Notes under the pieces: generated by a model
Database searches by the model: none
Seen by the model: the letters and a program-made list of their open reading frames with translations, nothing else
What the model was told of the DNA's origin: nothing
In this document: piece after piece, positions 18,912-29,613 of the stretch
How positions within the stretch are numbered: the stretch's first letter is position 1
How the letters are laid out: each line of letters starts with the position of its first letter
IMG/VR virus record: IMGVR_UViG_3300026521_000466
Coordinates: 100,798-164,797 of that record
DNA from: a virus
Length of the DNA stretch: 64,000 nucleotides
Reading direction: 5' to 3' (one strand)
Made by a program: the position numbers and the translations under genes

Positions 18912-21035
18912 TTACTCATATGTATCTTTTATCAAAATACCATCTCTTTTATTTACTCCCAACAAAGAAGCTACCATATAGATAGGTGACAACATATCTT
19001 CTACAGCTCTTACTCTATCATATATATCAAGTATCTCTTTTGGGAGTCCATTGTTTTTTATAATATCATAAGGGAGTAGAAAATTGGTATATTTAAATCT
19101 TTTGTTTCTTTTGTTGAAGTTTTCAAATTTGGCAGCCAGTGATTTGTCTTCCATATTATTTAGGTAGTTTGTACACTTTGATTTCTTATCAATACTAACA
19201 TTGACTTTCAGTGCAAGGTACGGCGGTTCTAGAACAGGGCCGTATTTATCTGCAAACACATCCCTCCATAACTTATAGTGTAAGAAGTTATTTGCATCTT
19301 CTCCATCCTTATATGTTTCAGCAGCATTGATATTAGAGAATTTACATGCTCCCACAGGATCTTCTTCTATAATGTTAAGTACAGCATTTTCCAGGTAGAC
19401 TATTTTATCAATAACCGTTCTAAGATCAATCCTTTTACCAGACTCCAATGAAGTAACAATGTACTCGACCAATTTATCCTTTTCATCATTAAACGCTTTA
19501 AGGATATTACCCGCAATAAGATTCACACCATGATATCCAAGTTCCATGTCTTTCATAATAGACATCTCTTTTACAAGAGTGTTTTCTATATAGTGTTTAG
19601 AGGCATGTGTTGGAAGGAATGATGAAAAGAAATACTCTGATTTCATATCTATATCACCTATACGGTCTTTATCAATATTCATATTGACACCTAATAACAT
19701 CAATATATTACGAATAGTCTCAGATACAAATATACCTGCCGCTGCTGCATACCCTACTGTTTTATCATTTACTACATAGAGGCCAAACCTCTCTTTAATA
19801 TAGTGCGTGTATGTTGATACTGTTGAATCAGTGTCTGAAAGAATAATGATTCTTCTATTGGCCAGCTTTATTTTTGAAACATTGGGAGGAACTACTTTTG
19901 ATTTAAAGAACGCATTTACCAATGGTGTAATTGCTTCCATAGTGCGGTCTATATTCTTCATTGTTCCCGTTACTTCTCTGCCTAGCTGCGTGTCTTTATA
20001 TTTATAAAGATCTTTATCTTTTCCGCGCAGTTGCTTTATCATAACGTGATAGAGTAGATTAAGTTTATAGTCAGATGATTTATATACATAGTCGATATCA
20101 GCATCAGCCTCTTTAACAGATGAAAGAGTACTTAACATATCCTCTATAAACTCTTTATTCAGTTTATGTAAATGGTATAGGTCGAATGTGTAATAGACAG
20201 ACATTCTTTCCAACTCATCAAGTGTCTCTATATAGTTATATATGATTTCAAAATACTTTTTATTTCTCCAATAGTAGTTGCTGTTATAGAGTACCAATAA
20301 TGCAATGTCTTTTACAGTAGGTACTTTTAAAGAATAAACCTCTTTAGCTTTCTGTATAGCTCCCCTATCCATATAGGTCACTAATGCATTTAAATGCCTC
20401 AGAACGTCCTCTGGAGTATAGTATAGGCGTGTTCCTGCGACAATAGACTCACTGATCGTATTTGCTGTACTGGTAAATATTCTGGTAGTAGATGTCAATG
20501 CATAGTGACTAGAATGGTGTGACAGAGGATATTTTTTCAATGCGTACATTCCGGAAAGTGAATTATTTTTTACTTTCTTAGCTACCTGTAATGTACCATA
20601 GATAATTGTATTGGTCTCATCGCCTGCATCATAATACTCTTTTGCTTTTTTCTTAAATACAGATCTCTCTTTTTTATTCACATCAGTCCACACACTGTGT
20701 ACCGAGTCCCACTTATTTCCCTCATAATCAACTTTTGTATAACAACTGAATGATGGAGCTATAGTTAATTTATCCCTCTGTATAGTTTTGACATAGGTAC
20801 TTAACCCCACTATAGTCTCTTCTCTATCCAGTGTTTTTAAATCCTTTTGATCTATAACTATCTTTCTCTCTTTAAATTTATCCTTAAATATCTTAACAGC
20901 TACTTCTCTTGCCTTCTCTTTTCCTATTCCTTTTTTCTTCATGATATAGGTGGTAACTTGCTCCACCCATCCGGATATATAGTCCAGATCAAAATCATAC
21001 TCTTCAAACTCTTTTACAAAAGGATTAATGCTCAT
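18912..21035 (-). CDS. Split B-family DNA polymerase, catalytic subunit (phiKZ gp50-like)
   Basis: Motif B KVKNNSLSG, motif C SDTDS, KHY; no motif A or exonuclease, which are in 4335..6086. Confidence 0.85.
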   Translation of the reverse strand: MSINPFVKEFEEYDFDLDYISGWVEQVTTYIMKKKGIGKEKAREVAVKIFKDKFKERKIVIDQKDLKTLDREETIVGLSTYVKTIQRDKLTIAPSFSCYTKVDYEGNKWDSVHSVWTDVNKKERSVFKKKAKEYYDAGDETNTIIYGTLQVAKKVKNNSLSGMYALKKYPLSHHSSHYALTSTTRIFTSTANTISESIVAGTRLYYTPEDVLRHLNALVTYMDRGAIQKAKEVYSLKVPTVKDIALLVLYNSNYYWRNKKYFEIIYNYIETLDELERMSVYYTFDLYHLHKLNKEFIEDMLSTLSSVKEADADIDYVYKSSDYKLNLLYHVMIKQLRGKDKDLYKYKDTQLGREVTGTMKNIDRTMEAITPLVNAFFKSKVVPPNVSKIKLANRRIIILSDTDSTVSTYTHYIKERFGLYVVNDKTVGYAAAAGIFVSETIRNILMLLGVNMNIDKDRIGDIDMKSEYFFSSFLPTHASKHYIENTLVKEMSIMKDMELGYHGVNLIAGNILKAFNDEKDKLVEYIVTSLESGKRIDLRTVIDKIVYLENAVLNIIEEDPVGACKFSNINAAETYKDGEDANNFLHYKLWRDVFADKYGPVLEPPYLALKVNVSIDKKSKCTNYLNNMEDKSLAAKFENFNKRNKRFKYTNFLLPYDIIKNNGLPKEILDIYDRVRAVEDMLSPIYMVASLLGVNKRDGILIKDTYE

Positions 21036-21084
21036 TGGAATTTCCTTATTATTTTATTCCCTTATCATTAATATTTGTCAAAAT

Positions 21085-21124
21085 AAAAAAGTTATCACAC
21101 CATGGGATTAATCCCATGATGTAA
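21085..21124 (-). terminator. Terminator after the chimallin-like gene
   Basis: CATGGGAT/ATCCCATG hairpin with a T tract on the minus strand. Confidence 0.7.
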
Positions 21125-21128
21125 TGTG

Positions 21129-22877
21129 TTACATAAAGTCGTCACCGAATCCGAATCCAGCTGTGCCGCTGAAGTCATCATCAATAAATCCACCAAATCC
21201 ATTATCGGAGAATCCGATGCTATCAAAGCTTGTAATGTCAGGCATTGCCAATCCACCACCCATATCTTCAACAGCAGGAATTTGTAGATTTATACCACAT
21301 TCACGAATTGCTCTAAATAGAGTCAATACGAATTCTGATGTTAAGAACACTCTCTCTTTTACGCCAGTGATTTTGATATCTGGCGATACCTTATTCATCA
21401 ATTTCAAGTAGAGATCCACTGAATTCATGGACTTGTCAAACAAACCATTGTCCAGCCTCATCTTGATGATTGCGTCTCTTACACCGAACTTTTTCAGTAC
21501 CATAAGGGTATCAATTTCATCCAGTGATCTTTCGCCTCGTCTGCCGTCTTTGAAATAGCCTGTAGGCATTGTAATAGACTGTCTTCCAAATATCTTTCTC
21601 TCCGGGAAGTTCAATGGAAATTTCCCATTCGTGAACTCATGAGCGCCTTTAACCAACTCTTTTAGATAAGGCTTGTTTGGATCTCCCTTACCGAATGCTT
21701 CTTTAGATGCTCTTAGTAGAGTAGTAAAGTGTACAGACTGAGACATAAATTTCGTTATGTCAAATGCTAACAATGGTGCGCCCTCTGCAAGATTAGATAG
21801 TAGATCCAATCTGTCTTCATATGGAATGGACTCATCAGCCAGGTTGATCTTCTTAGGTTCTTCATTACCAAGTGAATTTATGATCAGTTCCAGCTCGCCC
21901 GGGTTCTTGCCTGGTACACCCGCATTAGCCAATGCAATCTCCTTCCATCGTCCTTGTGCGGTGGCCGCTCCAGCAGCTGCAATGGTCATCAGTGTTGTCC
22001 CCAATGATGTTATAAACGCATCTTCCAATGCATTAACCACCATTACTGGGTGAGCTACAATCTTACCAGTTGCTTTCATTGCACGAGAAATCTTTGCATC
22101 AGCATGTGTTCTAATAGAAGCATTTCTACTAGACCCTGCCAAAAATTGGATGTTTCCGACTATTTTTCCAATTTGTACCGCTGTACCTTCATGATTTATT
22201 TCGTCGGAACCATCACCATCAATAGCTGTCATTGTGATTGAATACTCTACAAATTGCGGCATTCCATTTATAACATAGCCATCGTTTGCATTTATAATAG
22301 TAGGGTATGCCTTAATAGTTCTTGCATGCGCCAATAATTCACCGTATTGAGCTTCGGACCAACCGTTTTCATATTTAGCAGATACACTATTTATGAAGTT
22401 TGCCGCCAATGAACCATAGAATCGCACATTATTATCATCTGAAAGATCCACATTGGACCAGATGATATTTCCATCAATAGAGACCACTTTTATATCAGCG
22501 CCATATTTCTCTTTCAGGATAGTTGTTATTGCTTTACCTGCCCTAACGTTTAATGCGTTCGATGGAATAATTGGGGCACGTACGCCTCTATCAATCAATT
22601 CACTGTACTCTCTCGGCATGATTGCTTCTTTGTTTGTACATGCATAAACAAACAAGAAGTTTACAACTACATTGCCAACTTTTTTTGCCAAGATAGCTAT
22701 GTTATACGACAGATCATACTGTCCTTTTTCCAACGAAATCACAGTGATCTCTGAAAAAGCAGGTGTTTCTGCAAAGTAACTCTGGAGTTTATGGTTGAAT
22801 TCCTCAACCTCCGGATGTCTACCCTCGTTGGGGTCTACGAATGCTCGTTTTAAATCTGATAGGCTTTTTACTGCCAT
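21129..22877 (-). CDS. chmA: Probable chimallin (phage nuclear shell protein, phiKZ gp54-like)
   Basis: 582 aa, own early promoter, strong RBS and terminator, Gly/Phe/Asp-rich C-terminal tail, located next to DNAP and nvRNAP beta-prime N genes. Assignment rests on context and overall resemblance, not on a diagnostic motif. Confidence 0.65.
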   Translation of the reverse strand: MAVKSLSDLKRAFVDPNEGRHPEVEEFNHKLQSYFAETPAFSEITVISLEKGQYDLSYNIAILAKKVGNVVVNFLFVYACTNKEAIMPREYSELIDRGVRAPIIPSNALNVRAGKAITTILKEKYGADIKVVSIDGNIIWSNVDLSDDNNVRFYGSLAANFINSVSAKYENGWSEAQYGELLAHARTIKAYPTIINANDGYVINGMPQFVEYSITMTAIDGDGSDEINHEGTAVQIGKIVGNIQFLAGSSRNASIRTHADAKISRAMKATGKIVAHPVMVVNALEDAFITSLGTTLMTIAAAGAATAQGRWKEIALANAGVPGKNPGELELIINSLGNEEPKKINLADESIPYEDRLDLLSNLAEGAPLLAFDITKFMSQSVHFTTLLRASKEAFGKGDPNKPYLKELVKGAHEFTNGKFPLNFPERKIFGRQSITMPTGYFKDGRRGERSLDEIDTLMVLKKFGVRDAIIKMRLDNGLFDKSMNSVDLYLKLMNKVSPDIKITGVKERVFLTSEFVLTLFRAIRECGINLQIPAVEDMGGGLAMPDITSFDSIGFSDNGFGGFIDDDFSGTAGFGFGDDFM

Positions 22878-22906
22878 GGTATTCTCCTTTTTTAAATAAA
22901 CTTTAT

Positions 22907-22990
22907 GCTACCTAAGTAGCGCCTCATTCCAGCCGGCCGTGATGAGGTGTTATCCTACATCACTGTAATAATATACGTTTAAAAAAAAAC
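22907..22990 (-). promoter_or_regulatory. Early promoter and structured 5' UTR of the chimallin-like gene
   Basis: GTATATTATTACAGTG at 22961-22976; leader hairpins CACCTCAT/ATGAGGCG and GCTAC-TTAG-GTAGC. Confidence 0.7.
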
Positions 22991-23089
22991 GACTTGCAAT
23001 ATTTGTTATCCACTAACCGAAGTTAGCAGAGACATCTATTGTCATATAATAGGTTAAATAAAAAAATAGTAAGAGTGGACCTGCCACCC

Positions 23090-23482
23090 TTACCTTTTTG
23101 TTATATTAACGATACCCATTTTTAAACCATAAACATATTGAGCTACTAAGTCAGCCTCTTCTGCACTTAAATCAGTTACCGTAATATCTAATGTAGTCTT
23201 ATCAGAAGCTAGCACTATAGATTGTATGTTTATCCATTGCAGTGAGAATATATGTTTCTCATTTGTTATATTGTCCCTAAACTCTACAAATGTATCTTTG
23301 GACATATCTGTTATTGGAATGTTCCTGTCTACACATACCTGTGAGTTAATTGTATCAAGGTTTGGATCTTTGGTCAAAGCTGCTGTATAATTGATAATAT
23401 TCAATATAGTAACATTCTTATGCTCTAGCCCTATTACAGAACTAACTGTAGTAAAGTCATAATTTTTATATAGTTCAAACAT
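23090..23482 (-). CDS. Small phiKZ-like core protein (gp52-like)
   Basis: Start MFELYKNYDF after AAAGGA; pattern Y.F....IG....NV.IL.I..Y..A and WI recalled from this family. Confidence 0.6.
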   Translation of the reverse strand: MFELYKNYDFTTVSSVIGLEHKNVTILNIINYTAALTKDPNLDTINSQVCVDRNIPITDMSKDTFVEFRDNITNEKHIFSLQWINIQSIVLASDKTTLDITVTDLSAEEADLVAQYVYGLKMGIVNITKR

Positions 23483-23541
23483 ATTTTTCCTTTTGGGTTC
23501 TTTCTCATTAAAAAAATAAAGAAGACGGATCAACCGCCCCT

Positions 23542-23946
23542 TCACACACCATATATCATAGCGGATTCATTGTAATCCAACAAGTGTGGTATTCCATTAT
23601 CCTGAGTGTCTGTATGCCTGGCTAACACCACAGCAGTCAATGTATCTAAGAGCTTTGTGAAGATACGAAGTTCGTGCTTCTCCAATATCCTCATACCTCC
23701 AGACTTAGTATACATATTAATGAACTCATTGATAGAAAGAGCCATTCCTCTACCCGCCATGTACATTTTAATATCCTCATTGATATACTTCTTAATAAAA
23801 TCCTTTTCTACCTCTTTATTAAGAAATATGTCATTGCTATTATGGATTATCACCTTTAATGGATCAGGTGTTTTTCTATATATCAACATTTTATCTCCCT
23901 TAAAGATACATAATTCAGCGTTGCTGTCTGTACTGAACAGACACAC
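23542..23946 (-). CDS. Hypothetical protein (true start probably MLIYRK)
   Basis: GGGAG RBS before an internal ATG; part of a coupled operon. Confidence 0.65.
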   Translation of the reverse strand: MCLFSTDSNAELCIFKGDKMLIYRKTPDPLKVIIHNSNDIFLNKEVEKDFIKKYINEDIKMYMAGRGMALSINEFINMYTKSGGMRILEKHELRIFTKLLDTLTAVVLARHTDTQDNGIPHLLDYNESAMIYGV

Positions 23947-24257
23947 CCTAATGATTTAAATATGTTAATGAAGTACTTATAAAGATCCTCACACAGTTCA
24001 TTAAACGTAATCACTGCTTCTTCATCAAGTAGATCAATATCCATAATGCCTTCCATAAGATCACTGTATAGATAACACAGCAATTCATAATCAACGGCTG
24101 TATCAATATCCCCAAATGTTTCGCCTGTATTAATAAACCCATATATATCATCAACAATCTTATTGGACAAATCAACAAGATTTACCTGTATACCTATCCT
24201 GTTTCCAATCATGACTATATCAGAAAATGCTTTTGGGCTCTTACGCACAGTAGTCAT
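23883..24257 (-). CDS. Hypothetical protein
   Basis: AAGGAGG RBS and ATGA overlap. Confidence 0.7.
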   Translation of the reverse strand: MTTVRKSPKAFSDIVMIGNRIGIQVNLVDLSNKIVDDIYGFINTGETFGDIDTAVDYELLCYLYSDLMEGIMDIDLLDEEAVITFNELCEDLYKYFINIFKSLGCVCSVQTATLNYVSLREIKC

Positions 24258-24721
24258 ACACCCTCCTTTAATTTAATAAACAACTTACCATGCCTGAAGA
24301 AGAAATTACTTATTCCCATAGTATATAGTTTAGTCTGTCTGCAAAATTCGCAAAACACATAAATGGTATAATCTAACTCTTGAATAATAGTATCCTCTGT
24401 CTCCATATGTATTCTATCATAAAGTTTTGGTTTTTTATCACCGTCAATGTACCGATCTATATATTTACAATAATCCAAACCATTATAGTAGAGATCATCT
24501 ATTACAGAACTATGGATGTCATGTATACTCTCATCACTAATAATTCCTTTCTCTTCATGTTCGGCTATACTATAGACTATAGCCCTATCGAACAAAAGTT
24601 CGATAAACTCTAGTCCTGATTTTGCTGAACCGAAAACTATAGAGAACGCTCTTACCGCATCCCTTAATTCATTAGAAAACTCCATTACCATTACATTATT
24701 TATGATTTTTGGTTTTTCCAT
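24254..24721 (-). CDS. Hypothetical protein
   Basis: GGAG RBS, coupled operon. Confidence 0.7.
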   Translation of the reverse strand: MEKPKIINNVMVMEFSNELRDAVRAFSIVFGSAKSGLEFIELLFDRAIVYSIAEHEEKGIISDESIHDIHSSVIDDLYYNGLDYCKYIDRYIDGDKKPKLYDRIHMETEDTIIQELDYTIYVFCEFCRQTKLYTMGISNFFFRHGKLFIKLKEGV

Positions 24722-24723
24722 AA

Positions 24724-25146
24724 CTACTCCAACTCGAATATCTCCAGTATTGTGATATTCTTCTTATTTGTATCTAATATTTTGTGTAGCACAAAATTTG
24801 TATGCTCTCCAGCATTATGGAGAGCATCTATGCTGTGTTGCATTCGTTTTGCTGCATGTGCAATAATATCATTAAGTATATGAGCCTGTTTTAATACAAA
24901 CTCACGTATCTCTTCCTTACTACCGCTATATAGCACAGATGCAAATATCAAAGCCTCTTCATATCCATGAATGTTATAGGATTGCAAAACATCAATATCG
25001 CAAACGCCCATACCACCCACATCTATTTTTATAATATGAGTTCCTTTTACAGGCATATACTCTGTAATATTATTAAAATAGACCATAGCTATAGAATCAG
25101 CTATATCAGGATGAAAACTTCTTTTAAATAATTTTTGTTCCATCAA
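24724..25146 (-). CDS. Hypothetical protein
   Basis: AAGGAG RBS, coupled operon. Confidence 0.7.
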   Translation of the reverse strand: MMEQKLFKRSFHPDIADSIAMVYFNNITEYMPVKGTHIIKIDVGGMGVCDIDVLQSYNIHGYEEALIFASVLYSGSKEEIREFVLKQAHILNDIIAHAAKRMQHSIDALHNAGEHTNFVLHKILDTNKKNITILEIFELE

Positions 25147-25792
25147 ACACTCCTTTTATCTCATCCATATCTGCATTATGGATAGATACTGATTCAGCAC
25201 GTCGCTGATGCAACATATAATCATACCTCTCCTCTTTAAAAGAGTTACCCTTACTCATAGTGAGATAGTCGCCATCAACATTGATTGAATATGTGTAGTC
25301 TCTCTCAATTGGAAGGCTATCCACAAACCTAGCAATAGCATCATGTGCATCAATATCCACCTTACCATAATACTCCACAAATAGTTTATTTATTATACTA
25401 TCTAAATTACCCATGCCTCTATAATCTCTTTTAAGAATCGGTAGTGTGTTTCCAGAGATAGGACATGAGTAAATTAGTTGTTTATAGATAGACTTCACAT
25501 AGATAACGCCCTCTATAGCATCTTCTAATAATCTACCTAATGCAACAGGCATGGATGGTCTCGGAGTACAGTATTCAAAAATATGTCTATCGACACCCAA
25601 TCTCTTATCCTGTTTTATTACAGCAGTACTAAATTCTTTTTGTGTCATACCATACTCTTCGGCAGTCATTATAGAGAACCTCTTTCCTCTAGGATAAAGT
25701 CCCACCATATTATCCAACTTATGTCGTCCTACCATCATGTATACTTTAAGTAACATGTTTGAAATAGGTGCTGTTATTGTACTCATTACCAT
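25124..25792 (-). CDS. Hypothetical protein
   Basis: 222 aa ORF, coupled operon. Confidence 0.7.
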   Translation of the reverse strand: MVMSTITAPISNMLLKVYMMVGRHKLDNMVGLYPRGKRFSIMTAEEYGMTQKEFSTAVIKQDKRLGVDRHIFEYCTPRPSMPVALGRLLEDAIEGVIYVKSIYKQLIYSCPISGNTLPILKRDYRGMGNLDSIINKLFVEYYGKVDIDAHDAIARFVDSLPIERDYTYSINVDGDYLTMSKGNSFKEERYDYMLHQRRAESVSIHNADMDEIKGVFDGTKII

Positions 25793-26076
25793 CCTTTAAT
25801 TTTAATAATCATTCTATCATCCACTACTTCAAAAAGCAGCTCTACCTCTGTCCCATGCAATGACTGAATCATATGAATGTTCTTTAGTATGAAATCTGTT
25901 GCATATTTTCTCGCCATCATCTCGATATCATACGTTGGCCTTTTAAGAGATTGAAATTCGTTTCTGGACTTAAAAGACACCTTACTTATACCCAGTCTTA
26001 AGTTTAATAGAAAAGCTTCTATAAACATATAGTAGATGCTATTTAAATTATAGCCTTTACTATACACTTCAACCAT
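25786..26076 (-). CDS. Hypothetical protein
   Basis: AGGAGG RBS; early-type promoter at 26134-26160. Confidence 0.7.
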   Translation of the reverse strand: MVEVYSKGYNLNSIYYMFIEAFLLNLRLGISKVSFKSRNEFQSLKRPTYDIEMMARKYATDFILKNIHMIQSLHGTEVELLFEVVDDRMIIKIKGW

Positions 26077-26133
26077 ACCATCCTCCTTTTTTCATCATAT
26101 AAAAACAACCAATTGAATTAATCAACAGGCCTC

Positions 26134-26160
26134 TACTGTAATAATATACAAAAGAAAAAA
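26134..26160 (-). promoter_or_regulatory. Early-type promoter without the leader motif
   Basis: Minus strand reads TTTTTTCTTTTGTATATTATTACAGTAG. Confidence 0.75.
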
Positions 26161-26186
26161 TAGGCTAGTCAATATGGCTAAAGAGG

Positions 26187-26507
26187 CTATGAAACCTCTT
26201 TCAGCACCCCCTTTGCAAGGATATACGTTTCTATACCCATACCCGCTGAAATATTAGCAATTTGCTTAATTAAATCAGCATCGGCAAACTCTTCAGACAC
26301 GGCCAGAGCATCACCTGGAAGCAACATAGTTTTAAATTCGCTCACTGCATCTCTTCTGTTTCTTACATACGGCCTATATGTAGATAACTCATCCATATCC
26401 TCATCACTGATATCCAGCACCTCACATATAATGAATGTGTCACTATTATCATATTTATCCCTTAACTCTTTCAATGTTTGCATTGATATTCTTGTTATTA
26501 AACTCAT
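26187..26507 (-). CDS. Hypothetical protein
   Basis: AAGGAG RBS; promoter GTATATTATTATAGT at about 26533-26547. Confidence 0.7.
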   Translation of the reverse strand: MSLITRISMQTLKELRDKYDNSDTFIICEVLDISDEDMDELSTYRPYVRNRRDAVSEFKTMLLPGDALAVSEEFADADLIKQIANISAGMGIETYILAKGVLKEVS

Positions 26508-26579
26508 GCATACTCTCCTTTTTAGTTATTATACTATAATAATATACCAATGAGTAAAAATGAAAGAGACAGTATAGGA

Positions 26580-27377
26580 TTAGTATCCTATACTGAATGT
26601 GTGTTTCATCAATCTGTCCATGGCACGCTCATCTGTCATGAAAAGTTGTTTAGGCAGAGTGTTATTCAACTCTTCCAAATAAGTTTGATAACTATCGCTG
26701 TATTCGTTTATTATATTCTCTATAATAGATAACTCCTGACCGTTATACAGTCCTGACTGAGCTACCCTAACCACACCTTCGTTATATAGATATGCCTTGT
26801 ATGCGTGGAGTCCTATCTCTGCGATCTTTGGGTAGTATGCAGGGTGTATCTCTGTAAAGTTTTCACTATACGACACTAATACTCTTATAGATTTACCCAT
26901 GACCATATTGATATTCTCGTATACAATCACTTCATCATGACTTATCTTCTCTAATTGCGCTGTTGATACTGGAGTGGCTTCTGACATAGAAGCAGCCATA
27001 TAATCGGCAGCAACAATAGGTGTCTTCTGAATATTGTTTAATTGTGGGTTTCCTAATCCAGTTCTATCAAACGTTTTTTCAGATAACTCCAAGGCACTAA
27101 TAATATTTCTTCCATTTCTTAAATTGGAAGGTATCTTATATAAAAGTACATTATCAGATATAGTTATTGGAGTAATATCATCTAATGGTATCTCTAACTC
27201 TACGCCACGCACCATATTCATATCGAGAAAAAGAGTAGGCTCTAATGCTCTGATATCTATTTTTTGTAATAAAGACATATTTCTATCGTCAAAGTCCCTG
27301 CGGTCCATGATGAGTGCCGCCACTGCTCTAGGCACATATCTATTTACAAAGTTTACTGCATAGTTTCTAAAATTCAT
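26580..27377 (-). CDS. phiKZ-like core protein, probably virion-associated
   Basis: 265 aa; KAYLYN...G.YNGQELS...Y.D....Y.E.L pattern recalled from the gene block following PhuZ. Confidence 0.65.
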   Translation of the reverse strand: MNFRNYAVNFVNRYVPRAVAALIMDRRDFDDRNMSLLQKIDIRALEPTLFLDMNMVRGVELEIPLDDITPITISDNVLLYKIPSNLRNGRNIISALELSEKTFDRTGLGNPQLNNIQKTPIVAADYMAASMSEATPVSTAQLEKISHDEVIVYENINMVMGKSIRVLVSYSENFTEIHPAYYPKIAEIGLHAYKAYLYNEGVVRVAQSGLYNGQELSIIENIINEYSDSYQTYLEELNNTLPKQLFMTDERAMDRLMKHTFSIGY

Positions 27378-28489
27378 TTTTTACCCTTCAAAAATAATAT
27401 TAAGTCCTCAACCTCTTCTGTATATTTTTCCATAAATGTAATATCATATGTATCCATTCGAGATGTTATCCCGTATTTATAAAATGTGAGATAATAGGAG
27501 AGTTGGTTTCTATTGTATCTCTTTGCGGATTTATTCATCAATGAAAGTATTTTCTCTATGTAATGTCCATATATATAAAGATATGGTTTTATATTATTTC
27601 CATTAAATGTTTGAAATATTAGTGATACCGCATCAAGAAGTGTACCGTGAGTAGTCTCTATTGAGAGAAATATATCCTTCACTAACGTAGTTCGTCGCAT
27701 TATATCATGCCTATACTTCTTAAATATCTTATATACAGAAGTATTGAAATCAATAATTGCGAACGGGTGAGGGTTTTTATAATGGTTGTTTGTGTCATTA
27801 ACTAACCTGTTAAACATAGCCAACGAGTTAAAGTTCGGTATTGCATTAGTGTATATATAACGATAAACAAATTCCTGAATACCAACCCCGTTACTTAGAG
27901 GACTTCTAAGGAAATAGAAGTATTGGATAGCCAATAATTTTATATCTATAGCATAGACTACATTTGTAAATTTCTCAGGATGATCCATTAAGAGACTATC
28001 ATATTCTGTAAGTACGGGACGAAGAGGGATAAAATTTTCCCAATCTGTAGAAAAGTATAGTTCATCATCCTCCTCTACAATGTAATAATTGTCATTAGTC
28101 TCTTTACCTTTACTTTTAGTAGATATAAGATTAAAATGCCTAACTAATTGTCCCATAGACATATCTATCAATTCCATAATATAATAGATATCCATATCTT
28201 CTCGAATACTGAGGAACTTCAATATCCTCACAATAAGATCATCTGTTGAAACGTTTCTTGACTTATATCTATAATAGGATAAAACTTTTTCCTCATTAAT
28301 CTTCATCATCCTATTGATATTATGTAGTTCGTATGGTGCTTTTATACCGGTCGTATTTCTAACTTCTGTGTGTTTTCTAAATATATCCAACATACGACGC
28401 CTTTCATTTTTTATTCTATCAAATAAAAAAAGTAATGAGGTAGATGGAAATTTCCATCTACCTGTTAAGTCATTAACCATCCACTTCAA
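27374..28489 (-). CDS. Hypothetical protein downstream of PhuZ (true start may be MLDIF at 28393)
   Basis: Long ORF with ATGA overlap to the next gene. Confidence 0.7.
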   Translation of the reverse strand: MKWMVNDLTGRWKFPSTSLLFLFDRIKNERRRMLDIFRKHTEVRNTTGIKAPYELHNINRMMKINEEKVLSYYRYKSRNVSTDDLIVRILKFLSIREDMDIYYIMELIDMSMGQLVRHFNLISTKSKGKETNDNYYIVEEDDELYFSTDWENFIPLRPVLTEYDSLLMDHPEKFTNVVYAIDIKLLAIQYFYFLRSPLSNGVGIQEFVYRYIYTNAIPNFNSLAMFNRLVNDTNNHYKNPHPFAIIDFNTSVYKIFKKYRHDIMRRTTLVKDIFLSIETTHGTLLDAVSLIFQTFNGNNIKPYLYIYGHYIEKILSLMNKSAKRYNRNQLSYYLTFYKYGITSRMDTYDITFMEKYTEEVEDLILFLKGKK

Positions 28490-28560
28490 TTTTTCTCATC
28501 TGGTTCCCTTTCATGTCAATTTTTTCAGTCTTTATAATCACTAGAATATGTAAATGATGA

Positions 28561-29613
28561 TTATAAAAAATCATCCTCTTCAGCAACTTCATCCACTTTG
28601 TTAGCTTCAATAGGTGTCTTTAACTCTTCAAGTCTGTTGTCAAGATCCTCTATAATAGTGTTGATCTCACTAGCAGATGCAGTAATAACAAACGGATTGA
28701 TCTTCTCTTTCTCCATCATATTCACTAAATACTCAGAATATGGAATTCCATACCTTGGGTTCTTTGCGCTCAATGTAGGTAGTTTATCCTTAGAAAGTGA
28801 TAGTATACGTGCAGAGACAATATTGTTTAAGTGTGAGAAGTCCTCTTCACCGACAAAGTAATCGTATATGTAGATACCTCTTGGAAGTCGACCTACTTCA
28901 GACTCTAGTCTGACAGGATTTAAGAAAACAGCTATCTCTGTCTCATCTATCTGCATGTTATTACCGGAGATGAAGACAGCAAAGTTCTGTATGGCGTTAA
29001 CCATTAAGATATTTGTTGCTTCAATGTTATCCATTACATCTGTGACAGATACGTTGCCTTTGTTGTTTGCATTCTCATTAACATAGTAGAGTGTTAAGGC
29101 CCTATCCTGTCTAACCGCTGATGTATTATATAACTGTAGTGTCTTCTTTGTGTTAGATGCGTTAAGCATACTGCAATCATCACCTGAAGCAATAACCAAC
29201 ACATTCCTGTTCTCCTGCATCAACATATTAGCAACAATAGGTCCAATGGTAGAACCACTACCCCCGCCTAATGACCCAACAACCACATAGAATGTTCTCT
29301 TTGGATCATCATTCACTACAGAGACATCATTGAGAAACTTCACCACTCCATCTTTTACATCCGAAGCAACGTCTTTTCTAAGACCACCTGCCCCTGATAG
29401 CTTATCTCCTCCTACAGACTTTTTAGATATATGGTGAAAATAGACATCATTGTCATCTGCATGTCTTTTATTCGATTCACTGGTATCTATTACCAGGTAT
29501 TGCACTTCTGGAATGATTCCTTTGTTTTCAAGATTACCGAGTACCTTTTTAGTCTCTTCTACTAAAATAGCACCTGTGCCACCCACTCCAATGATTACCA
29601 TCTTATTGCTCAT
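28561..29613 (-). CDS. phuZ: PhuZ phage tubulin/FtsZ-family GTPase
   Basis: IIGVGGTG, IDTS, GAGG.R, tubulin signature SLGGGSGS, acidic C-terminal tail EEDDFL. Confidence 0.92.
   Translation of the reverse strand: MSNKMVIIGVGGTGAILVEETKKVLGNLENKGIIPEVQYLVIDTSESNKRHADDNDVYFHHISKKSVGGDKLSGAGGLRKDVASDVKDGVVKFLNDVSVVNDDPKRTFYVVVGSLGGGSGSTIGPIVANMLMQENRNVLVIASGDDCSMLNASNTKKTLQLYNTSAVRQDRALTLYYVNENANNKGNVSVTDVMDNIEATNILMVNAIQNFAVFISGNNMQIDETEIAVFLNPVRLESEVGRLPRGIYIYDYFVGEEDFSHLNNIVSARILSLSKDKLPTLSAKNPRYGIPYSEYLVNMMEKEKINPFVITASASEINTIIEDLDNRLEELKTPIEANKVDEVAEEDDFL

Noticed and set aside
4335-21035. Split DNA polymerase as a novel feature
   Set aside because: Already established for phiKZ-like phages; listed as features only.
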